A stretch of 45,515 nt of DNA from a virus. The translations under genes were made by a program, and so were the position numbers. Shown piece after piece: positions 1-7,424 of the stretch. Where the stretch lies: the IMG/VR virus record IMGVR_UViG_3300045988_006734. One strand, 5' to 3'. Position 1 is the stretch's first letter, and each line of letters starts with the position of its first letter. The notes beneath the pieces are model-generated. The model was not told where the DNA came from. It made no database searches and worked only from the letters and a program-made list of their open reading frames with translations.

Positions 1-73
1 AATCTCTGATTCCGCTTCCAATTTCGCCAATGTCAACAACAACGGTAATGCGAACTACAACAACGCTTCCAAT
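1..73. repeat. Terminal direct repeat, identical to 45443-45515 (assembly overlap of a circular or circularly permuted genome)
   Basis: aatctctgattccgcttccaatttcgccaatgtcaacaacaacggtaatgcgaactacaacaacgcttccaat is read at both ends of the window. Confidence 0.95.
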
Positions 74-115
74 GCTAACGGTGTCCGCCCCGATTTCGAT
101 TCCGCAGTTAAATAG
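2..115 (+). CDS. avd: 3' end of the avd-like ORF that starts at 44928 and wraps the junction; this part is encoded by the DGR template repeat (..ISDSASNFANVNNNGNANYNNASNANGVRPDFDSAVK*)
   Basis: The frame continues from 44928 through the 73-bp overlap to TAG at 113-115. Confidence 0.6.
   Translation: MSDSASNFANVNNNGNANYNNASNANGVRPDFDSAVK
10..97 (+). repeat. DGR template repeat (TR), 88 bp, 24 adenines, 11 AAY codons; its first 64 bp are also seen at 45452-45515 because of the terminal overlap
   Basis: Aligns base for base with 44782-44869 and 17305-17392. Mismatches fall almost only at TR adenines. It lies immediately upstream of the RT. Confidence 0.9.
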
Positions 116-135
116 CCTTTTGAGCGTTCTGCGGA
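101..135 (+). promoter_or_regulatory. Hairpin in the TR-RT spacer (TCCGCAG N21 CTGCGGA), a candidate structured part of the DGR RNA
   Basis: 7-bp perfect inverted repeat at 101-107 / 129-135. Confidence 0.4.
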
Positions 136-150
136 CAGAGAAAGGAGAGA

Positions 151-1362
151 TTGTCCTTCCTTATGGTAAATGCTAAACACGACACCACCTCTTACGAGAG
201 CTGTGGTTATAAGCGTGAAATATTTGATGGTAATGCACTGTATGACGCTTTTGTGAGGGCAAAACAAGGAAGTGACTGGAAACCACAGGTACAGCAATTT
301 GAAATGACCTATCTACTGAGTCTTTCCAAAATGCAAAAGGAGCTTGAAAGTAAAACTTACAAATTCCTTCCCTCACAGGAGTTCGTACTGAACGAAAGAG
401 GTAAAACGAGGTATATCAGCGGTGAGCAGATACCCGATAGGGTTGTAAAACACAGTCTTTGTGATGAAGTCTTGTCTCCCGAAATTCGCAAGTATCTGAT
501 TTACGATAACGGAGCGAGTCTCAAGGGTAAAGGGATTGACTTCACGAGACGTAGGCTACTGGTTCACCTTCGGAAGTATTACGCACAACACAAGTCCAAC
601 GATGGTTATATCCTGTTGATTGACTTCTCGAAATACTACGACAATATCCGGCATGACAAGCTCATGGAGTTGTTTGAGAAGTACATTCACGATGAAACCG
701 CACTGTGGCTTCTGCGTGTGATCGTAGACCGCTCGAAGGTAGATGTTTCGTACATGAGTGACGAGGAGTACGAGAACTGCATGGACGCACTCTTTAACTC
801 CCTTGAGCATTCGCAGATGGATAGGAGTCTTCTTACAGGCGAAAAGTTCATGGCGAAGCACTTGAACATCGGAGACCAAGTGGCACAGGTAGCCGGGATA
901 GCCTACCCGATACCCATTGACAATTATATAAAGATTGTCCGTGGTGTGAAATTCTACGGTAGGTATATGGACGATAGTTATGTGATTCATGAAAGCAAGG
1001 AGTATTTGGAAGAACTTCTGCAAGATATTATCCGCATTGCGGCGAGTATCGGTATCACAGTCAACACCCGAAAGACCCGGATATGCAAACTGTCTGAGTA
1101 TTGGAGATTCTTACAGACCCAATACTCCCTCACCGACACTGGACGAGTCATTCAGAAAATCAATCCGAAGCGTATCACCTGTATGCGCCGGAAAATGAAG
1201 AAGCTCGCCTATATCCTTCCTCCGAAGGAATTTGAGGACTGGTATCAGTCGTGGTTTCAAAACCACTACAAGATCATGAGCAAACAGCAAAGGCTCAATA
1301 TGAACACGTTATTCAATGAATTGAAGGAGGTAAACGCAAATGTACACAATCACACTGGCTGA
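151..1362 (+). CDS. DGR-type reverse transcriptase (alternative ATG start at 163)
   Basis: RT motifs LLIDFSKYYDNI, YGRYMDDSYV (YxDD box) and NIGDQVAQ (similar to the DGR-RT IGxxxSQ motif). Adjacent to the TR. Confidence 0.9.
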   Translation: MSFLMVNAKHDTTSYESCGYKREIFDGNALYDAFVRAKQGSDWKPQVQQFEMTYLLSLSKMQKELESKTYKFLPSQEFVLNERGKTRYISGEQIPDRVVKHSLCDEVLSPEIRKYLIYDNGASLKGKGIDFTRRRLLVHLRKYYAQHKSNDGYILLIDFSKYYDNIRHDKLMELFEKYIHDETALWLLRVIVDRSKVDVSYMSDEEYENCMDALFNSLEHSQMDRSLLTGEKFMAKHLNIGDQVAQVAGIAYPIPIDNYIKIVRGVKFYGRYMDDSYVIHESKEYLEELLQDIIRIAASIGITVNTRKTRICKLSEYWRFLQTQYSLTDTGRVIQKINPKRITCMRRKMKKLAYILPPKEFEDWYQSWFQNHYKIMSKQQRLNMNTLFNELKEVNANVHNHTG

Positions 1363-1648
1363 CGGTACTAAGCTGGAAAATCTCGAATTGAACGGCAATA
1401 ACTACATTGCCGAAGGGGTCATTGAGGACTCCGTGTTCGAGGGTAATCTTGATACCGTCAAGATCACCGATGGTGAGACCACTGAAACCTTCACCGACAT
1501 GAGACTCATGAGCAATATCGTCCGTGATAATCGCTCTTGGTTCGTGCTTGGTGAGAAATCCGCACAGCAGAAGAAAGAAGAAGCTATGGAAAAGCAGATG
1601 GCAGAAATGCAGAAAGCTATGTCCGTACTTCTGACAGGGGAGGAATAA
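1340..1648 (+). CDS. Hypothetical phage protein
   Basis: SD GGAGG 9 nt upstream of ATG; overlaps the RT 3' end by 23 nt. Confidence 0.6.
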   Translation: MYTITLADGTKLENLELNGNNYIAEGVIEDSVFEGNLDTVKITDGETTETFTDMRLMSNIVRDNRSWFVLGEKSAQQKKEEAMEKQMAEMQKAMSVLLTGEE

Positions 1649-1651
1649 GAA

Positions 1652-2092
1652 ATGAGCAATCTGACACAACTCGCTTTGGAAATGAGAACTGCTTTGCAGT
1701 ATTTCGTAGGGACGCTGGACGCTGAGACCCAGCTTGAAATGATGTTGGAGATTCCCTCCGTCTATCCGGCTTATGCCGTAGGCAAGGCTTACAAGACGAA
1801 GGACGTGTTCTCCTATGGCACGAATGCCGTTGGAGACCCCCAGCTCTATCAAGTTCTGCAAGATCACACCAGTGCCGCAGAATGGACTCCCGACACCGCC
1901 GTAAGTCTGTACAAGGCTATCGGTGTGACGGAAGATGGCTACCCGGAATGGGTTCAGCCTTTGGGTTCTACGGACGCTTACAATACTGGTGATATTGTCA
2001 GCTACAACGGTACGCTGTATATCTCCACTATTGACGCAAACGTGTGGAGTCCCGAAGCATATCCGGCTGGCTGGGAAGTCTACACACCCTAA
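1652..2092 (+). CDS. Protein with two CBM5/12-like carbohydrate-binding repeats
   Basis: YKTKDVFSYG..LYQVLQDHTSAAEWTPDTAVSLY and YNTGDIVSYNGTLYIS..WSPEAYPAGWEVY resemble the CBM5/12 pattern (Y..GD.V.Y.G..Y...H.....W.P). Confidence 0.6.
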   Translation: MSNLTQLALEMRTALQYFVGTLDAETQLEMMLEIPSVYPAYAVGKAYKTKDVFSYGTNAVGDPQLYQVLQDHTSAAEWTPDTAVSLYKAIGVTEDGYPEWVQPLGSTDAYNTGDIVSYNGTLYISTIDANVWSPEAYPAGWEVYTP

Positions 2093-2165
2093 GTAACCAA
2101 CCTAATTTCGAGAGGTGAGGGGGAACAATCCTCTCCCTCTCACCCTACGAAAAGGAGAACCGCCT

Positions 2166-2474
2166 ATGGAAGATTTCATCACACGACACGAGCATGAAGA
2201 ATATGTGAAGCGCATGGAGCAAGAACACAAAGGTATGAATGCTCGTATCAAGGACTTGGAAACGGAGGTCAAGGAAATCACCGACCTCACGATTTCCATT
2301 AACAACCTCGCCTTGAGCGTAGACGCTATGGCGAAGGAACAGAAGAAACAGGGGGAACAGCTTGAATCCCTCAAAGCAAAAGACGGTGAGCGGTGGCGAA
2401 GTGTCACAGGCTATGTAATCACCGCTATCATCGGTATCATCGTTGGCTTCATCTTCAAACAGATGGGGTTCTAA
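2166..2474 (+). CDS. XhlA-like lysis-associated protein (coiled coil plus C-terminal TM helix)
   Basis: SD AAAGGAG upstream of ATG 2166; C-terminal TM segment VTGYVITAIIGIIVGFIF; sits just upstream of the endolysin and holin genes. Confidence 0.5.
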   Translation: MEDFITRHEHEEYVKRMEQEHKGMNARIKDLETEVKEITDLTISINNLALSVDAMAKEQKKQGEQLESLKAKDGERWRSVTGYVITAIIGIIVGFIFKQMGF

Positions 2475-2491
2475 GAGAGGAGGAATAAACG

Positions 2492-3439
2492 ATGGCTTAC
2501 ACAAACAGTCCGTTGGTAACGTACAAGAGAATTACCAACAATAAGACCAGTCCTCGTAACCATGTCATTGACACGATCACAATTCATTGTATCGTAGGTC
2601 AGTGGACTGCAAAACAGGGCTGTGACTATTTCGCTACTACTGACCGTGAGTGTTCCGCCAACTACGTTGTTGGCAAGGACGGTTCTATCGGTCTGAGTGT
2701 TGAGGAGAAAGACCGTTCTTGGTGTTCTTCTTCCAGCTCTAACGATCACAGAGCTATCACAATCGAGGTGGCGAGCGATACTGCTCACCCTTATGCGGTT
2801 ACTGACGAAGCGTACAACGCACTCATTAAGTTGGTGGCTGACATTTGTAAGAGAAACGGTATCAAGAAGCTCCTGTGGAAAGCTGACAAGTCTCTGATTG
2901 GACAGGTCGATAAGCAGAACATGACGGTACACCGTTGGTTCGCCAATAAGTCTTGTCCGGGCGAATATCTGTACAGCAGACACAGTGACATTGCGGCGAA
3001 GGTAAATGCCCTGTTGGGTGACTCCGCCGGGGAGACTGCTCAGACTCCTACCACTCAGACTTTGTATCGTGTACAGGTCGGTGCTTATTCTAAGAAAGCA
3101 AATGCTGACGCTATGCTGGAAAAGATTAAGAAAGCTGGCTTCGACACCTACATGGTACAGGTGGACGGTCTGTACAAGGTACAGGTCGGTGCTTACAGCA
3201 AGAAGTCCAATGCAGACGCTATGGCGGCAAAGCTCAAAGCGTCCGGCTTCGATACCTATATCACCACAAAGTCCGGGACAGCGGTTTCCGCCGGAACGCA
3301 GAAAAAGTCTGTCACCGAACTCGCAAAAGAAGTCATTGCCGGAAAATGGGGTAACGGTAGTGATAGAAAGAATCGTCTGACACAGGCTGGTTACGACTAT
3401 GCCGCTGTACAGGCGAAAGTCAATGAACTCATGAAATAA
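2492..3439 (+). CDS. Endolysin: N-acetylmuramoyl-L-alanine amidase (Amidase_2/PGRP type) + 2 SPOR repeats + CW_7-like repeat
   Basis: IHCIVGQ..ANYVVGKDG..ITIEV amidase_2 pattern; duplicated YRVQVGAYSKKANADAM / YKVQVGAYSKKSNADAM (SPOR); GKWGNGSDRKNRLTQAGYDYAAVQAKVNEL (CW_7). Confidence 0.85.
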   Translation: MAYTNSPLVTYKRITNNKTSPRNHVIDTITIHCIVGQWTAKQGCDYFATTDRECSANYVVGKDGSIGLSVEEKDRSWCSSSSSNDHRAITIEVASDTAHPYAVTDEAYNALIKLVADICKRNGIKKLLWKADKSLIGQVDKQNMTVHRWFANKSCPGEYLYSRHSDIAAKVNALLGDSAGETAQTPTTQTLYRVQVGAYSKKANADAMLEKIKKAGFDTYMVQVDGLYKVQVGAYSKKSNADAMAAKLKASGFDTYITTKSGTAVSAGTQKKSVTELAKEVIAGKWGNGSDRKNRLTQAGYDYAAVQAKVNELMK

Positions 3440-3452
3440 GGAGGATAAGATC

Positions 3453-3722
3453 ATGAACATTAACTGGACTGTACGACTGAAAAACAAGACCTTTTGGCTG
3501 GCTCTGATTCCGGCTGTGCTGTTGCTGGTACAGGTGGTAGCCGCCGTGTTTGGTTACACCCTCGACCTCGGTGATTTGGGTAACAAACTGCTTGAAGTAG
3601 TCAATGCTCTGTTCGCAGTGCTGGCTATCCTCGGTATCGTCACTGACCCTACTACCGCTGGTGTGACCGATTCCAAACAGGCACTTACTTACACTGAACC
3701 CAAAAAGAAAGACGCAGACTAA
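3453..3722 (+). CDS. Holin (phi LC3 / Phage_holin_1-like)
   Basis: MNINWTVRLKNKTFWLALIPAVLLLVQ N-terminus, two TM segments and a charged C-terminus, adjacent to the endolysin. Confidence 0.8.
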   Translation: MNINWTVRLKNKTFWLALIPAVLLLVQVVAAVFGYTLDLGDLGNKLLEVVNALFAVLAILGIVTDPTTAGVTDSKQALTYTEPKKKDAD

Positions 3723-5272
3723 GCGTCTACGTCTTCCAGTATCAAAACAAACCCGAAACAATGTTTTACGATAAATAAGGTGTTCGGATTTGCACTATTT
3801 GGTGGAGCGGAACACGCAATATCCGAACACGAGATAGTAGCCGTGTTCTGCCCCGAAATGTTGAAGGTAAAGACAATCCGTCTGCCTTTGTCCCCATCAT
3901 CGTAAACATAAACGGAGTTGACAAGGGTGTCTACCACCCTACGTTGATACTCAAGGTCATTCACGTCACCGCTCTTGAACGAAAGTAGCCAAAACATTAT
4001 GCGCTCTTTCGTCAAGAGCGGTTTTTTCATTTCCTCTTTGGCTATCTGCCCCTCGATGTGGTTTTTCTCCGACTCAAGCTCCTCAAGACGTTCCTTCGTG
4101 GTCGAGGTAATGATACCTTGTTCGATGGCAGTCATGAGGTTCTTTATTTTCTTCTTCACCTCTTTGAGCTGATCTTGCAGACCAGTGAGGTAGGTGGTGT
4201 CGGCGGATTCCTTCTCGAAGACTTCCATTGCCCTCGTTGCAATCTTCTCTATATTCTCGTCCGTGAGGACGTGCTGGACTGTGAAGCGGACTACAAGCTC
4301 CTCTATCCAGTCCTTTTTCTCTACCTTCTTATTACACTGGTGCTTCCGCTTGCGGTCAATACACTTGTAATAATGGTGTACCTTCCCGGACTTCGATGTG
4401 CCACTCTCACCGACCATAGCCGACCCACAGTGACCGCAGAATAGCTTCGTGGTGAGTAAGTAGTCCTCATGGGCTTTTGTCCTTGCTCGTGCCTTTGCAT
4501 TGTGTGAGAGCATGGCTTGAACCTTCTCGAACAGAGCTTTATCGACAATCGCTGGCATACCGTTTGGCACAACTACGTCCATGAACTTGTATGTCCCGAT
4601 ATATTTTTCGTTCTTCAACAGGGTACGGAGACTGTTCTTATTGAAAGCGTTCCCTCGTGAGGTCTTGTACCCCTTCTCATTGCAGTAGTTTATGATCTGA
4701 GTTGCCGACATACCATCGGCATACATTTGGAAAATCTCTTGTACGATCTTCGCCCCTACAGGGTCAATTTGATATTTTCTGTCTTCCCCTACAGTGTAGC
4801 CCAATGCCAAACCAGCTCCCCCGGTGGCAATGCACTGTAGGGCATTTTCTTTCATGCCACGTTTGATGTTCCGGGATAGGTTCTCCGAGTAATACTCAGC
4901 GTAACCCTCAAGGACTGACTCAAGGATAATGCCCTCCGGGGTGTCCGGCATGGGCTGTTTTGCATAGAAGACACGGACACCGTTCTTCTTGAGCTTGGCT
5001 TTGTAGATGGCGGAGTCATATCTGTTACGAGCAAAGCGGTCAAGGGTGTACATAATAACCGCTTCAAACTGTCCCTTCTCGCTGTCCTTAATAAGCCGCT
5101 GGAAGCTGGGACGGTTGTCGGTCTTACCCGAAATCGCTCTGTCGCAATATTCATTTATGATCGTGAACCCATTCTTCAAGGCGAAGTCGTGACACTCACG
5201 GAGCTGACCTTCGATGGATTCTTCTCTCTGACTGTGGCTCGAATATCGAGCGTAAATTACCGCTTTCGTAAT
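3719..5272 (-). CDS. int: Large serine recombinase (phage integrase); start assigned to ATT 5272-5270 because the catalytic N-terminus lies upstream of the first canonical start (TTG 5179)
   Basis: Reverse translation of 5272-5180 gives ITKAVIYARYSSHSQREESIEGQLRECHDFA (resolvase catalytic Ser motif). Recombinase and zinc-ribbon regions (CGHCG..YYKC) and a coiled coil lie downstream. Confidence 0.8.
   Translation of the reverse strand: MTKAVIYARYSSHSQREESIEGQLRECHDFALKNGFTIINEYCDRAISGKTDNRPSFQRLIKDSEKGQFEAVIMYTLDRFARNRYDSAIYKAKLKKNGVRVFYAKQPMPDTPEGIILESVLEGYAEYYSENLSRNIKRGMKENALQCIATGGAGLALGYTVGEDRKYQIDPVGAKIVQEIFQMYADGMSATQIINYCNEKGYKTSRGNAFNKNSLRTLLKNEKYIGTYKFMDVVVPNGMPAIVDKALFEKVQAMLSHNAKARARTKAHEDYLLTTKLFCGHCGSAMVGESGTSKSGKVHHYYKCIDRKRKHQCNKKVEKKDWIEELVVRFTVQHVLTDENIEKIATRAMEVFEKESADTTYLTGLQDQLKEVKKKIKNLMTAIEQGIITSTTKERLEELESEKNHIEGQIAKEEMKKPLLTKERIMFWLLSFKSGDVNDLEYQRRVVDTLVNSVYVYDDGDKGRRIVFTFNISGQNTATISCSDIACSAPPNSANPNTLFIVKHCFGFVLILEDVDA
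3782..3828. other. Candidate attP: imperfect 12/13-bp inverted repeat GTTCGGATTTGC N22 GCAATATCCGAAC
   Basis: 47-bp dyad inside the 3' tail of int, at the lysis/int junction where attP is expected. No non-coding gap exists there. Confidence 0.3.
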
Positions 5273-5320
5273 CTCACCTCCAATAGCTTTTTACGTCTCA
5301 GCAGTTCTATGGGAATGATC

Positions 5321-5680
5321 TTAGACTGCCGCAGTATTGTCTTTATCCCCCTCTAACTCCTCTCGGTTTTCAAAGTCATAGACCATGCTCATGAACTCAT
5401 GCTTCGCTCTCCGGGACAGGGAACGGTAGACTCTGAGAATGTCCTGTTCGTCCTCGTCCTTCGGCTGTACCTCCGGGGAGAGGTCTTCTGCGTCAGCAAA
5501 GAAATCCATTACGGAGCAGTTCAGCTTTTCAGCGAACAGCACCATTTCGGTTTCCTTTGGAAGCGAACCGTTGTTGATAGCAGTTACCTTTGATGTAGAC
5601 ATACCCAAACTCTTGATAAAGGCGGTGAGTGTGACTCCTCTTGCTTTGCAAATGCGGTTGATGTTCTCTGCGAATGTCAT
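5321..5680 (-). CDS. CI-like XRE-family HTH repressor
   Basis: MTFAENINRICKARGVTLTAFIKSLGMSTSKVTAINNG HTH; SD GAGGAGG upstream of ATG 5680; divergent from the cro-like gene. Confidence 0.8.
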   Translation of the reverse strand: MTFAENINRICKARGVTLTAFIKSLGMSTSKVTAINNGSLPKETEMVLFAEKLNCSVMDFFADAEDLSPEVQPKDEDEQDILRVYRSLSRRAKHEFMSMVYDFENREELEGDKDNTAAV

Positions 5681-5729
5681 GGTAATTCCTCCTCGCAAAA
5701 ATAAAATTCGTAATTTTAGAATTTCCCTA

Positions 5730-5758
5730 TTGACAATTCGCAAAATAAGAATTATAAT
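5730..5758 (+). promoter_or_regulatory. Consensus sigma-A promoter (TTGACA N17 TATAAT) reading toward the cro-like gene
   Basis: TTGACA 5730-5735, TATAAT 5753-5758. AATTCG/CGAATT half-sites nearby, e.g. AATTCGgaaatcaCGAATT at 5769-5787. Confidence 0.75.
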
Positions 5759-5928
5759 AAGAACAAGAAATTCGGAAATCACGAATTGGCAATAAGAAAC
5801 CGACCTCTCAGAATTGGCAGTTCCGAGAAGTTGAAGTTGTTGTATAGTCCTATAACAATAATAACAATAATTCGCCTTTTTGTCAATAGTGATTCCGATT
5901 TTCAGAACTGCGAAAGGAGGAAAATTCT

Positions 5929-6135
5929 ATGAGTCAGATTCAAGAGCGAATGAAGAAGCTCGGTATCAAACAGGTGGATATGATCTTGGAGCTGAGAGAG
6001 CGAGGTATCACAGTCCAGCCGCCCGAAATGTCGAGTATCATTCGTGGAGTCTACACCTACCCCAAAGCGAAGGTAGTCCTCGATGAATGTGACAAGATTC
6101 TCACCGAACGTGAACGTAAGCGTGAGTCTCAGTGA
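5929..6135 (+). CDS. Cro/Xis-like small HTH regulator
   Basis: SD AAAGGAGG; 68 aa; first rightward gene of the switch. Confidence 0.65.
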   Translation: MSQIQERMKKLGIKQVDMILELRERGITVQPPEMSSIIRGVYTYPKAKVVLDECDKILTERERKRESQ

Positions 6136-6280
6136 TTCACAGATTAACGACCTCGCACGACCATTGATGGGGATTTTGGAAGCGTTCTACCAAGACCCGA
6201 AGAATGAGGAGGACTTTCAAAAATGGCTACTGAGTGTAGAAGAACAAAAAGCAAAAGAATCAATAGAAACAAGCTCATGA
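6122..6280 (+). CDS. Possible small hypothetical protein (GTG start uncertain)
   Basis: Open frame with no clear SD; overlaps the next gene by 58 nt. Confidence 0.2.
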   Translation: MSLSDSQINDLARPLMGILEAFYQDPKNEEDFQKWLLSVEEQKAKESIETSS

Positions 6281-6894
6281 AGGTGTATGCCTATGGCATT
6301 CTCCTGTTGCTGGTAGTAATCGGCGGTGTCATGGGGCTTCTGATTGGTAGAACAACCGCCCCGGTCAACACTGAGATCGTAACCGAGACAGTGACAGTGG
6401 AAGTACCTGTCTACGAAGCAGACAAGCTCCCGGAACTTGGGGAAGTGTTCTACTATGACATACCTCTCTCCGACAGCCTACAGCGATACATCTACGAGGT
6501 GTGCGCCGATGAAGGTGTCCCGGTGACACTGGTGCTGGCAATGATCGAGCATGAAAGCCGATTCAATCCCGAAGTGGTTTCCTCCACTGACGATTACGGT
6601 CTCATGCAGATCAACGAAGTAAACCATGAATGGCTTGAGGAAGATTTTCGCTGTGCCGATATGCTGAATCCTTATCAGAACGTGTTCTGTGGGATAAAGA
6701 TTATCGCCAAGTACATTGAAAAGTACGAGGACGATTACGGCAAAGCTCTGATGGCTTACAACATGGGTGACTACGGAGCGAGAAAAGCATGGCAGAACGG
6801 TGTGACAAGCACTAACTACTCCACCAGCATTCTTGAGCTTATGCAAAAGTATGAGGAGGTGTCGCACAGTGCCAACAGTAATGCAACTGAGTAA
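6223..6894 (+). CDS. Membrane-anchored lytic transglycosylase (SLT domain)
   Basis: N-terminal basic stretch plus TM helix (YAYGILLLLVVIGGVMGLLIG); catalytic MIEHESRFNP, DYGLMQIN, AYNMG motifs; SD GAGGAGGA 9 nt upstream. Confidence 0.8.
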   Translation: MATECRRTKSKRINRNKLMKVYAYGILLLLVVIGGVMGLLIGRTTAPVNTEIVTETVTVEVPVYEADKLPELGEVFYYDIPLSDSLQRYIYEVCADEGVPVTLVLAMIEHESRFNPEVVSSTDDYGLMQINEVNHEWLEEDFRCADMLNPYQNVFCGIKIIAKYIEKYEDDYGKALMAYNMGDYGARKAWQNGVTSTNYSTSILELMQKYEEVSHSANSNATE

Positions 6895-7039
6895 CGGTAA
6901 GGTCGAGACACTTCTGACAGAACGAGACTTCGCTTACCTCATTGAACAGCACATGGGGTATGAAGCGGCTGATTACTTCCGCAGTCTCATGGAAGAACTT
7001 GAACACTACCGGGAGGAGGACGCAGACTATGACAAATAA
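6869..7039 (+). CDS. Hypothetical protein
   Basis: SD AGGAGG 9 nt upstream of GTG 6869. Confidence 0.45.
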   Translation: MPTVMQLSNGKVETLLTERDFAYLIEQHMGYEAADYFRSLMEELEHYREEDADYDK

Positions 7040-7424
7040 GAAAATTGGCAACGATTTTGAGTCTGACTTCTGCGAAATCCTTTTCAACGAAGGGTTTTGG
7101 GTACATAACATGGCTCAAAACGCAAGCGGTCAACCAGCAGATGTGATCGCCGCCCGGAACGGCAAAACGTACCTTATCGACTGCAAGGTATGTTCCGTCC
7201 GAGGGTTCGCACTCTCTCGAATGGAGGAAAACCAAGACCTCTCGATGGAGCTGTGGAAAGCCTGTGGCAATGGTGAAGGTTGGTTCGCTGTACTTATCGG
7301 AGAGCAGATCGCTATGATTCCGCACTTCACCGTAAAGGCTCTGAGAAATCAGCAGTCCTACATGAATGAGCTGGAAATCAGAGAATACGGCACTCCGCTT
7401 GAGAAGTGGTTAAAGAAGAAATGA
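7029..7424 (+). CDS. Hjc/RecU-like Holliday-junction resolvase (PD-(D/E)xK nuclease)
   Basis: GNDFESDFCEILFNEGFWV..GQPADVIAARNGKTYLIDCK matches the Hjc-type G..FE...D.IA...G....I.CK pattern. Confidence 0.6.
   Translation: MTNKKIGNDFESDFCEILFNEGFWVHNMAQNASGQPADVIAARNGKTYLIDCKVCSVRGFALSRMEENQDLSMELWKACGNGEGWFAVLIGEQIAMIPHFTVKALRNQQSYMNELEIREYGTPLEKWLKKK

Noticed and set aside
2114-2144. 10-bp GC-rich hairpin (GGTGAGGGGG / CCCTCTCACC) after ORF 1652-2092, considered as a terminator
   Set aside because: No U-tract follows, and it lies just upstream of the XhlA-like gene SD. It may be regulatory, but a terminator call is not supportable.
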